Assembly (NCBI RefSeq): GCF_021028975.2
Contig: NC_059430.1
Span: 35,216,001-35,280,000, forward strand
Length of the DNA stretch: 64,000 nucleotides
Direction: 5' to 3'
DNA from: Sphaerodactylus townsendi
Taxonomy: Eukaryota
Shown here: positions 52,545-64,000 of the stretch, one piece after another
How the letters are laid out: each line of letters begins with the position of its first letter
How positions within the stretch are numbered: the first letter of the stretch is position 1
The notes under the pieces: generated by a model
Databases searched by the model: none
What the model was told of the DNA's origin: nothing
What the model saw: only the letters and a program-made list of their open reading frames with translations
Made by a program: the position numbers and the translations under genes

Positions 52545-52693
52545 NNNNNNNNNNNNNNNNNNNNNNNNNNNNNNNNNNNNNNNNNNNNNNNNNNNNNNNN
52601 NNNNNNNNNNNNNNNNNNNNNNNNNNNNNNNNNNNNNNNNNNNNNNNNNNNNNNNNNNNNNNNNNNNNNNNNNNNNNNNNNNNNNNNNNNNNN
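52545..52693. other. Assembly gap
   Basis: Run of N. Confidence 1.
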
Positions 52694-54404
52694 CACCCCT
52701 CCTCTCAGGCCACCTCAGGCCACCTCCGTGGTCCGCAGCAGCCTCTGCAGCCTGCAGCTGCTTCTTTTGCTTTAAAATGGTAAATCAGAAAAAAGGTAAA
52801 GCTTTCGCCATTTTGCCCCAGGCGCCATTTTCCCTTCCTACAGCACTGGAGTACCCTAAAAGAAAGAACAAATGAGAACGTTTCATTAAAACAGTACTAA
52901 AGCACACAGATTTGAGTCTCCAGGATGGTGGGATGAGTTGGCAGTTGGAAGAAAGCCTGCTGCATCACAAGCAAAAGTTCTGGAAGACAATGAACACTTC
53001 TGGGGTCAAATGGTGATTTGGTACCCAATTGCAAACAACATTCTTCAACATTTCCAGAAATATTTACTTGGTACTAATACACAAAAAATGTTCTGAATTG
53101 AATCACCAATGTTTGGATCATCTGCAGTGCAGTGCTTTCCAATGGCTGTCTCCTTTCCCCTCTCCCATTCAGATCATCCAGCCCCCTGACTGGAAAACAA
53201 ATATAACTTCTGAAAGAGGTACTTTTTGTGGATGTTTCAAACCTGCTAGAGTGGACTTCTCAGATGGTCTGCATTCACACGCTAGGACAATTGTGGACTG
53301 TTGTGCATATATGCCAGCTGGAATTGCCAGCAATTCAGGAAGCCATTATTTGATCAGAAACTGTCAAGGTATTATGCTGTCAAGATTCTTTAAGCACAAA
53401 ACAAAAAACAAGCCCAGAAAACAGCCACATCTTCTGTCATTACATAGTCCATGCCATTATTATCACCCTCAACATGTCCACATTTCAGCTATTCCATATG
53501 CAGTAGGCAACTTCATTCTCTTCAAGGTAATGCTGCCAAGACCCTTTATTTCTCTGAAACGTTACAGCTAATTCAAAATCCATCATTGTGTACAAGAAGT
53601 TTAAATTGTTCCTTCCAGTGAGTAATACCTAGCACTTGTGTAAAATGAAATTTAATCTACTTTCACATTGTCTAATTATCTGGAAATCCTTGCCTTATGC
53701 CAGTTTTATCTTCATGAGATAAATGTGTGACCAGAAATCTAAGGATCTCCTTTGGAATGTTAAGGTTGAAATGCATGTTTGAAGACTTCTTCTGTCTCTT
53801 AAAAGGCATTTGACAGGATAATACTGTGAGTATCTGACAAAGGGCCTTTCTGCACTTGCACATTAATAGAAAAGTAAAGAGAATCCTGCCATCTTTTTGA
53901 AACTTTGGGATTATGAGCCTTGTTATAGTCGCCAAGACTAAATTGGAATTATTATATGATAATGATTCACCTCCTCTAATGAATGTCTTCCAGATGTTGG
54001 GGTTTCATGTTATGATGCTGCTGTGGCCCCGGGGCTGTTCGCATGCTGAGGTGCGAGAAGCCCCAGAGTGGCTGCAACCCACGGAGGTGCCTCTGCATGG
54101 AAGTGCCTCAATTGCCACACTTACCTTCTTTCCCTGTGGAGCTCTAGGGGTCGAAGGGCAGTGCGGGCATGTCCCCTCGTCTCTGTGGAGCTCCACGGGG
54201 AGAGAAGGTAAGCATGAGGAAAGCAGGGGGCACCTAAAAGCGGCACCTTCAACCAGAACTCTGAAGGACCTTGGATTAGGAATTTAGAGTGGTCAGAGGG
54301 GCTTCTGGAAATGAGACCCAGGACCATTGCGTGAATCAGTTGGATCTTGGAAAGAGCTGACAAGGGTAATGTCTGTGTAAGCCTACCTTGCTATTTTTGT
54401 GTAG

Positions 54405-54668
54405 GAGAAGCAGTGGCGTAAGAGCAGGTGTATTCTAATCTGGAGGAACCGGGTTTGATTCCCCACTCTGCCACTTGAGCTGTGTAGGCTTATCTGGGGA
54501 ATTCAGATTAGCCTGTGTACTCCAGCACACACTAGCTGGGTGACCTTGGGCTAGTCACAGTTCTTCTGAGCTCTCTCAGCCCCATCTACCTCACAGGGTG
54601 TTTGTTGTGAGGGGGGAAGGGCAAGGAGATTGTAAGGCCCTTTGAGTCTCCTTACAGGAGAGAAAGGG
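54405..54668 (+). mobile_element. Young Squam3-like SINE (long subfamily), truncated by gap
   Basis: Highly similar to 59876-60170 and 31955-32252. Confidence 0.9.
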
Positions 54669-54831
54669 NNNNNNNNNNNNNNNNNNNNNNNNNNNNNNNN
54701 NNNNNNNNNNNNNNNNNNNNNNNNNNNNNNNNNNNNNNNNNNNNNNNNNNNNNNNNNNNNNNNNNNNNNNNNNNNNNNNNNNNNNNNNNNNNNNNNNNNN
54801 NNNNNNNNNNNNNNNNNNNNNNNNNNNNNNN
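54669..54831. other. Assembly gap
   Basis: Run of N. Confidence 1.
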
Positions 54832-56146
54832 CTACTCTGTTTGATTGCTTGCACTCTGCTTAAATGAATTCATTACTGAAAAGTTGTGCTTCTTTGTGGC
54901 TGCCATACTACATTCAGGAATCCTCACCGATCATGCTACCTGGTAACTCACTAAAGCCTATCATCTAGGGCTGGTTGTAAGGCTCTAGTTCCTTACTTCA
55001 GAGCAGAGCTGGCAATTGGCATCCAAGAAGGGTCCCTGGATTAGGAGAATGTCTTCACAAATTTGATCCTTACAACAGCCCTATGAGGAAGGTTAGAGTG
55101 AGAGTCTGACTGACACAAAATCATGCAGCAACCTTCCATGGCATTGTAGAGATATGAACCAGGTTCTCCCAGAGCCTTCTCTAATACTTTAACTACAAGC
55201 TGAATACAGGATGTTGCCCCAAGGCTGTTGTCTGGCATCTTGTAATGCACAGGTATGGCACAACCTGGACCCCATCTTCACCAAAACAACAAAACTTAAT
55301 GGACCTTTGAGGAAAAGAAAACATTTTTTTCTTTCACAGCAACACTGATCCACTAGAAAAGGCAAAGAACCTATAAAATCCTTCTGCTAGACATCATTTT
55401 GTACTGTCTGAGATCAACCTATGACCACCAGTGCATATAGACTATTAAAAACCATTCTGATAATGCAGGGAATGTAGAACCATACAATAGGACAACCAAG
55501 CTGCCTTTTTGAGTTAATGATCAAAGATAGGATCATCTCCTGCCACAAATCCTCAGTGACATCAGAGTGACTCTTAATGAGGTAACCATTATCCTGTCTC
55601 TCAAATGTAAACACAGGGAATTGTGAAATCCCAAACTATGAAGTGAATTCATCTGAGCCTTCTAAAGTTTCCATCCTTGGCAGCTATCTGGGTACATTCT
55701 CTGTGGTGGCTCCTACCATGTGGAACAGCCTGTCTGAGGAAAGACTCTCATACACAAAGACTCTCATACTTTTGCCATTCCACAGAATGGGCAAAACAGT
55801 AATTATTCAAGAGGGAATTTAAAAACAGATTGGAATTGTAGTGGAATGTAACAGTTCAGGAGAGTACTTTTATAGTGAAATAAGACTGTAGTCCTTTGCA
55901 ATGATTATGGTTTCACCTGCTTTTACTGCATTCACATGGTGAACCACTTTCTGTATTGTTTTAGTATACTTCATTTTAAGCAGTTTACTGTTTGTATTAT
56001 CTATTCTGTAATCCTAGTGCAATTGTAGTCCTACCTAGCATGGTGAAGTGTTTAGAGTATTACATAAGATTGCCAACCTCCATGTGGTGGCTGGAGATCT
56101 TCTGGGATTACAACTGATCTCCACACGACAGAGATCAATTCACCTA

Positions 56147-56569
56147 GGCCGTTTCCGCACGGGCGGAAAATGACGGCCTGGAGACGGTAAAAACGCCGTC
56201 TCCAGGCTGCCATTCGCACGGGCGGCGCAGCTGCAGCGCAGCCGCGCCGCCTTAGCGCCGCCTGGTGGCCCGCAGCCCGGCGTTATTCGAGAACGCTAAG
56301 AAGCGTTCTTTTCGGAATACGCCGCCGTGAAGCTGCTGCTGAGCGAACGGCAGCAGCTTCACGGCGCCTCCCCGACCCAGCACTCACCTTGTCCCTGGGC
56401 CTCCAGAAAGCCTCGCCCGAGGAGCCTGGGGACGCCCCCCTGCCCTGCGCCCGGCTCCCAGGCGGCGCGGGACCAGAGGCGTGTGGTCCCCTAGGCACCT
56501 CGGGCGAACGCAGGGAGTCTGTAAGGGACAAGCCGACCCAGCCGTTTCCGCTGCCATGCGGAAACGGCC
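56147..56569. mobile_element. CpG-rich Harbinger-type non-autonomous element C
   Basis: TIR ggccgtttccgca / tgcggaaacggcc; TSD CTA/CTA; nested in a TAGGGTTGCCA-family element. Confidence 0.92.
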
Positions 56570-58056
56570 CTAGATAAAATGGCCACTTTGGAAGGTGAAG
56601 CCCCTTCCTTTCCTAAACTCCACAAGAGAAGTCCATTTCCAGTTACTTTGAATTCTGAAGAAGGGAGGGGGCTCAGCGTTCAGAATAACTGGTGAGGCTG
56701 GATGTGATTTCAGGGCTGCCTTCCCTTTGTGTCTTCCATGCCAAAGAGAAAAAGTGCAGAAAAAGTACTCTTACATTTGGGGGTTGCTAATCTGCACATA
56801 CCCATTCTCCTCCACAGCAATATCTCCCTTCACAATGCAGCAATACCTTTGTTCCAGCAGCAGATTCATTTGCCTCATCAGGGGATATGAACCATGGCTG
56901 AGGAAAACAAGGAGCTGCCGTTCTAAAAGAACAGATGCAGCTTTTGTCAAAGACTGGTTGGCATGGGGGCAGGATGAGACAAGGGAATGGGTGCTTCTAC
57001 ATATTACAAGTTGACATCAACTTCACAGTTGGCTGGGCATGTGATATGGGGAGGACATTTGTATGTCTATGTGGGGGGGGGGGCTTTCCTTCTTTCTGTA
57101 CTTGTAGAAAACTATGTGGATGGAAGAGATCCATGGGACAGAAAGCTGCGCTCTCTGGAAAGTACATACATGTTTCCTGCAATGGGTGCATATATGTGTA
57201 GATCCTACTGACTGGAAAAAGTGTCATTTCATACACATTTGGGTGTAGGATTGTTTTGTTGCAGTAAGACAGGGGAGCTGTGAATATGGGAATCCTGGGA
57301 CTGTGCCCAGAACACTTTTGGCAGAGCCCTGCTGAGCTCTAAAGGTCTTGATGAATATTGAAAATTGGTTGTTCATGCTTGATTTCTCCTTGGCATGTGT
57401 GGACAGATTGGAGAGGTTACTACATCACTGATTTCTTCCCGTGAGCATGTGTAGGCCCATTACAATCTTGTAAATAGCTTGGCTCTGTAATCGAACTTCA
57501 TTTCCTTCAAATGTAACTCTTCCTCCCCCCCCCCCCACCCCCGCTTCACTGATTGGCCTTTGGAGGGGTATTTTTCAACTCAGGTAGATTACATTATTTA
57601 AAGAGTCATATAAAACTTTTTTTTCTTCCTGTGAGCAGTATCTCACTGTGCGCAATCTAATGCACAGTTACGTTTAAAAGATTTCGATAGCCCTTCCTGG
57701 AAAAATTAAAAGGAAATGAAATAGTTTCTAATTACTTGTTCTGCAGAAACTCACTTTTGAATTATGAGCAATTATTTCTTTGAAGCGCCTTTATAACAGG
57801 CAGTCAAATCAGTCAAGGTCATATGTTTCAGAACAAAAGGTTTAGGCCCCAATTACAAGGTAGGGGACTATACCTTGCACAGCAGCAACTTTTCTAAAAA
57901 AAAAAGTTAAAGATCATGAACTCTCCTGAGATATTGTAGCAGGGAAAGTTACAATGATCTTTGAATGACTGAACAAGAAACGGTTTCTTCAGAGAATATA
58001 GGATACCCAGTATTTGCAAATCTTAGCGTTCCTGACTATACTCTAAATTAGATATT

Positions 58057-58519
58057 GAAAATGATTGAAGTCTATAAAATTATGCATGGGGTAGAAAATG
58101 TTGACAGAGAGAAATTTTTCTCTCTTTCTCACAATACTAGAACCAGGGGGCATTCATTGAAAATGCTGGGGAGAAGAAAAAGGACTAATAAAAGGAAACA
58201 TTTTTTTCATGCAGCGTGTGATTGGTGTTTGGAATATGCTGCCACAGGAGGTGGTGATGGCCACTAACCTGGATAGCTTTAAAAAGGGCTTGGACAGATT
58301 TATGAAGTCGATCTATGGCTACCAGTCTTGATCCTCCTTGATCTGAGATTGCAAATGCCTTAACAGACCAGGTGCTCAGGAGCAACAGCCACAGAAGGCC
58401 ATTGCTTTCACATCCTGCATGTGAGATCCCAAAGGCACCTGGTGGGCCACTGCGAGTAGCAGAGAGCTGGACTAGATGGACTCTGGTCTGATCCAACTGG
58501 CTTGTTCTTATGTTCTTAC
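58057..58519 (+). mobile_element. CR1 LINE 3' end
   Basis: MIEVYKIMHGVENVDREKFFSLSHNTRTRGHSLK, 3' UTR and terminal (gttcttat) repeats. Confidence 0.92.
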
Positions 58520-58764
58520 GAAAAATCTCCAAGAATACAACCAGAAATCCACTACATATGAATAAGGTTTATCCACCAAAGGTTTATAGTTTCAAAAATG
58601 ACCAGACTGATGTTTCTGTAAAGGTCATAAGCAAGGCAGATTCATAGGACCTTACAGTTCCAAGCCAAATAGGCTTACCACTTTTAAAACCACCTTTAGA
58701 ACTGAGAGAACTGTTAACTATATTCTATGGAACACAAACCATTCCCGATCAGAACATCAGCATT

Positions 58765-58856
58765 GTCATCCAACATCGCTGCGACTTTGTCTTAATCCAG
58801 CATCTGCTTGTTCTCCATCATCCACTTGACTACTGCATCCAAGCCCTGATTCAAAA
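58765..58856 (-). mobile_element. L2 RT fragment
   Basis: LNQGLDAVVKWMMENKQMLD*DK resembles the L2 motif W..N.L.LN.DK. Confidence 0.65.
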
Positions 58857-59504
58857 TAGAAACAAGACAAATGCTTATGGCTGCTTCCTTAAGAGGTACA
58901 CCTGCCAACTCTAGGAAGACACAAATCTGGCAAAGGATGGAGTCCACTCTAATGTGCAACCTGCTCTGTGGCTCACTCTCTCAGATGGGGAGGAGGTGAC
59001 GGGATCAGGAGGGCCAAGCCAGCAGCAGGAACAAAGGCTTTATGAATCTCACTCACACATTTCCGTCATGATCTGAACAATGTGGATGTCTTGCTCTGCC
59101 TTGGCTCCCTCATAGCAATGACTCATGGAATTGTCCTCTATTCATCCTGTTTCAGTGTGTTGCCTCTTGCTTTGCTGTGATCTTTCTGGAGTCTGGTTAG
59201 GTACAATCATTTCAGGTACTAATAGATCATGATTTAGCAACCCCCCTACTTTTGGATAAAAGGCTTCAGTGAACCAATGGAAAAGGTGGCCATGGAGGGT
59301 TGAGGTAAAGTGCAGGTAATACTGCTGTGAACATTCTGTTGCTACTGCAAATGCCTCAAAATTCTCAGCAGCAAAGAAAGCTACACAGAGAACCATCTTG
59401 GTGTGAAATCAGCCTTGGGTTTACATTGGATATATCATCCAAAGGGGATGGAGAACTCTCTAATGTCATACAAAGAGATCTCCATTGTTTCAGTTATGAA
59501 GGAA

Positions 59505-59684
59505 CAGAGGTGGGATCCAACCAGTTCTCACCAGTTGTCTAGAAGTGGTTACTATTTTTTTCTGAGTGCTCAGAAGGGGTTACTAAAGCAACCTCCCTGC
59601 CCAATAGCCCCATTGGCGCTACGCCACTGTTTGAATCCTACCACCAAAGGAACCTGTTATTAAAATTTTTGGATCCCACCACTG
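59505..59684. mobile_element. hAT-like MITE
   Basis: TIRs cagaggtgggatcc / ggatcccaccactg; direct repeat gaaggaa on both flanks. Confidence 0.85.
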
Positions 59685-59875
59685 GAAGGAAGCAATACAT
59701 AATTAAGGAAGAATGAAAATCCTCCATTTTGATGAGAAGACCTTCATTTGGCAGCCTACCAGAGGAGAGGAACAACAGTTATGGCAGTGGACAACTGGCC
59801 TGTTGGCAGTTGTATCATCAAGCAAAGTTGGGTGTCATCAGCATATGGATGATCATCATGCACCAAAGATCATCT

Positions 59876-60170
59876 CAGCAGTGGTGTAGGAGGTTAAGAG
59901 CTCATGTATCTAATCTGGAGGAACTGGGTTTGATTCCCAGCTCTGCCGCCTGAGCTGTGGAGGCTTATCTGGGGAATTTAGATTATCCTGGGCACTCCCA
60001 CACACACCAGCTGGGTGACCTTGGGCTAGTCACAGCTTCTCGGAGCTCTCTCAGCCCCACCTACATCACAGGGTGTTTGTTGTGAGGGGGGAAGGGCAAG
60101 GAGATTGTCAGCCCCTTTGAGTCTCCTGCAGGAGAGAAAGGGGGGATAGAAATCCAAACTCTTCTTCTTC
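59876..60170 (+). mobile_element. Young Squam3-like SINE (long subfamily)
   Basis: tRNA head with A/B boxes, body and (CTT)n tail. Confidence 0.9.
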
Positions 60171-60460
60171 ATTCAGTATCCTCAGATATTACACAGCATT
60201 GCCCTCAGGAACGTCTCAAAGTAGATCCAAGAGAGCTGATCTTGCCTTTGTAATGGTAGTTCTTTGCATTTGGTCAGACACGGTAGGAGCAACATTTATG
60301 AAAGGTGATTTGGGAAATACTTACTAAGTCCTCTAACTGGTTTAATAAAAGGAAGTGGTTGATTGGACTGAAAAAGTCTGAAAGGATTAACAGAGTCACA
60401 GCAATGCCCCTTATCTGTTGGTAGACATATCACCCACTGGAGCAAATTAAAGTCCTCCAT

Positions 60461-61333
60461 GGGTCACTATCCACTCACCATAAGCCGCGGGGTCACCTCT
60501 GTAAAAGCCACGGGGGTCCTGGACACTCCCCACATCTCTGGCGCTCACTGCGCGGCTGCCAGGGATTTACCTCTCTCCCGCCTCCTGGCCGCGCGGCAAA
60601 TTAGCTCCGCTAAAAACAGCAACTTTTTTAAAACCAGCGGGTGCCAGGCGAAGGGTTCTGGGGAACCTGAAGCTGTTTCGCGGCGCGGCTGAGGATTCGC
60701 TGGCTGTGACAGCGCAGCTCACGACCAATCAGGGGAACAGGGAGCGCCATCTTGTTAAGTGGCGGGGTGTCCCTCGATCCCCTAAAGATGATCGCGGCGA
60801 TAGTGATGGCGTAGACACGATAATGTCGACACCCATTGCACTTTAGCGGAAATTGAGGCGATGGTTGCACAACAAGGCGATCTCCAACATTGCTTTTCTT
60901 GCTTTGCTTTCGAGCTCCACGGTTGATAGCGGTAATTTGCAGCGCCCATTCAAGACACAGCCCGGTTCCTAGCGGAGTCTGCGTTTTTTCTTTACCGTTT
61001 TACTGCCTGGAAATATTTGCTTTCATTTCGATCTCACGAGAAGGTGTGCAGCGCCTTTCTGATGACGTTCACACGTACGCACGTACGAACCAATCACAAC
61101 CAAAAGCGTTCCAGCCAATCGAAACAGAGACCCGCCCTCGGATGGCCGTGACGCACAAATTCTCCAGCCAATCGGAACGCTCTATTCCCCCTATTTCCAT
61201 GGACTTCTGCTCTTTGCTGCCCGCGCAATTTTCCTGTGGGGAACAAATGTCTCTGTGGTCAGAAGCCGCGGAGGTTTTTCACTGCGGGGTCGCTGCGGCG
61301 TTGCGATTTGAAGAGGTAAGTGGATAGTGGCCC
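60461..61333. mobile_element. 873-bp CpG-rich Harbinger-type non-autonomous element
   Basis: 19-bp TIR gggtcactatccactcacc / ggtaagtggatagtggccc; TSD CAT/CAT; four CCAAT boxes inside. Confidence 0.88.
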
Positions 61334-62636
61334 CATGACCCATAAGCAAGTCTGAAAAAAATGAATCAAGAAGTGATGCATGTGTATGATATGGGAAACC
61401 TCTTAAACACTTGAAAAATACTAAACATTGTTATTATTTTTGTGGATGTAACAGACAAAAAAGAAATAAAATGAGTAGTATTTTCCCGAACATTTTTTCC
61501 AAAAGCCACTCACCATTCCTTTCGTCTGTGTTGGCGGTTTCCTGTGTCTTTAGCTACCTGTCTTGCCTTTTATTCTCAGGTTTTATTTCCTGTTCAAATA
61601 TATCATTAAAACAGCAAGGCTGAGTAGCTTATATACTACTAGCTAACTCATATCAGTGGTTATTGTAGGTACTTAAATATAATTTCTCCCCTCTACATTG
61701 CCATAATGTAATCCCCTCCCCTTCAGTTATGTACAGCAGTAGTAAGGAGACTATCAGAGAACTGCTTCCATTTTTAGCTGTATTGTCTGCACAATACAGT
61801 TTCCTGCCCCAGGAGGTTTCATTTCCTCCCAGTAATTTACATCTGTATAGAAAGAACCCAAAAGTGGTTCTAAACCATTTTTCTCTCCCTGCTGCATCTT
61901 ATAACTTTTACACAGGAACTAGCAGAGAACAAAGGTCAGTTGCACGGTGTCTCAATTTATGGCATTACACTCAATGCCTTGGATATACAGAATACATTCT
62001 CTTTAATATACTGTCTTCATTAGGACTGCAAGATTTTCATTGGTATATTAATCAACTGAAACTATTGGGTAGGGCAAATTTAATTGGATGGTCTATGAGA
62101 TTTGAACCCCGATATTTATATTCTTAGATTGTTTTGCTGCTACAATATTACTGTAAGACCCAATAATTCTAGCCTATGAGCTTCAATAAAAGAAAGGGGA
62201 GGAGTATCTCTGAAACTCGACATGACAGATGCCATTTCCTGTTCCAGGGTTTCCTTCTTCCACTTTGTTCTTAACACAATGAACCAGGCATAATTCAGGT
62301 ATGGAAGTGTCTCATTTGATGCCATAAATTATCTTTAACAAAGTTAACAAGCCTAGGAACCAGACTACAGAACGAATGCTCACTCTGTTGAACAAGGATT
62401 GCCCACAATTTTATCTTGGCCCTGGTTTCCAACCCAGTTGACTTCTGTCAGTCCCAATGTATATAGCACCTTACTTCAGGTGTAGGGCCTAAGGGCATCC
62501 TTCCCTCCACTGCCCCAGAAGCAACAGTCTTTGGTTGCTCCTTTCATACAGGAATGCCTTGAAGTTGGGAAGCCTCCAAACCTCATCTGCTTATATCTTT
62601 CCCAGCATCTCAGTAGTGTGGTTAGTGTTAGTGTAT

Positions 62637-62945
62637 GGCAGATTCTGCAAGGGTCAAAATCAGCTGTGTGATGATGGTAAAAACACTGTTTTGGGGGAGG
62701 ATATAATATCGGGGTCTTGCAGGTTGTCAGTGTGGCTGTCAGGGTTCATGTGTGCATTCCTGCGTAGCTATGAAGGAATGGATGCCCAACAAAATAAAAA
62801 CCACTGCGCCTCCATGTGAAGGCCCGTGGCCTGGCCAATTTGCATGCTGTCCGTGGGATGCCTGGCCATGCGAACACCCTGAGGCAGCTATGTTTCTGTT
62901 TACACTGACTGCATTCCGCTGTTTTCAGCCCATGCGGAATCTGCC
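62637..62945. mobile_element. Harbinger-type MITE nested in an old SINE
   Basis: TIRs ggcagattctgcaaggg / cccatgcggaatctgcc; TSD TAT/TAT. Confidence 0.85.
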
Positions 62946-64000
62946 TATATGGGTGATTTGAGCTCAAATCTGTCATGATGTTCATTGGATAACCTGTGGG
63001 CCAGTCATTCTCTCTTGGCCCAATATTCCAAAGAAGGTTTTTGGGAGGATAACATGAAGAAGAGCAGAACCATGTATAGCACCTTTGAAAGAATGGGCAG
63101 GATAAAATGTACTAGGTAGTCATACCAGAGAACAGGTTCTTCTCTCAGTGGCTGTTTCCACACAACACAAATAAAATGTCTTGAGGATGGAAATAACGGC
63201 ACTAGAATAAACTAGGCCATAATTGTGACAGGGGAGAGCTCAGGAGCAGTGAGAATGCGTGCCCTGGGCTGGCTGGGCAGCCGAGCCACACCTGGCCTGA
63301 TCGTGTGGTGCATGCGAGTTCAAGGGGTGGAGCACACTCCCTATACATTAGGCAGCACGCGGTTGCTCCAGCCTGCTTACTGCGAGGAGATCAGGAAATG
63401 TTTATTTCTCCTGCCCAATTTTTGAAGGTCTCACGTTTGTTTCTCTGCCATTATCTGCTGCTTCAGTGAATCTTTATGCTGTCCGCCATTTGCTGCATTG
63501 TCCCCATTAAGGTCCCCCCCAAACCCTTCCCTCCACATGCCCCACCCCCTAAATCTCTAGGTATTTCCCAACCCAGAGCTGGCAACCCTGATATCTCTAT
63601 CACTGTACCTTCAAGTGTCCCTTTCTTTCCTCTGGGCTCAGAACCAGACATGGTGTGACAATATTCCTTTCCTTGCTCATATGGATAGGACTGTAATTAA
63701 GGGCCCAGCCTCCCAGTGTGCTCAGACCCGTCATTTATAATCTCTCTTTTTTTTTGCACAATTTTACAGCAGCACATTCCTGGTTGTTTTGTTACACTTG
63801 TACAGCACAACTCACTTATCCATCTTGCACACTGTTCATTTACATGGCTTAATTCCTCTAAAACTGCCTTGTGACTGGCAGTGAGGGAAAAAGTAGAGAC
63901 CAAGAAAATGAATGACTCCAGATAAATGCCCAAACTTATTTAAAAACCAAACAAACAAAAAGAAACTAAACGACTTGTCTCTTCTCGGATTTTCAAATGA

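Noticed and set aside
52352-54863. ORFs containing X runs
   Set aside because: Artefacts of assembly gaps.

Overview
Eukaryotic, CpG-depleted, repeat-rich vertebrate DNA, not prokaryotic: no operons, CRISPR arrays or intact rRNA/tRNA genes. The SINE set (Squam3-like and Squam2-like tRNA SINEs, 5S-headed SINEs with a BovB/Sauria-type tail) points to a squamate, probably a gecko; this is inferred from recalled consensus sequences. No intact protein-coding gene can be supported, and almost all listed ORFs are chance, antisense or TE-derived. Well-supported content: (1) at least 11 PIF/Harbinger-type non-autonomous TIR elements, most with 3-bp TSDs, including five copies of an exactly 141-bp MITE and four CpG-rich copies; (2) hAT and Tc1/pogo MITEs; (3) two solo LTRs and an LTR-gag fragment nested in a MITE; (4) CR1, L2, RTE/RTE-X and Rex1 LINE fragments; (5) a rearranged Penelope locus with three degenerate hammerhead-ribozyme motifs; (6) microsatellites and two assembly gaps. 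More speculative leads: a chain of minus-strand exon-like blocks that may be a decayed gene; CpG-rich MITEs carrying CCAAT boxes and strong splice donors; several repeat-free AT-rich blocks resembling conserved enhancers. I found no convincing novel biological system.
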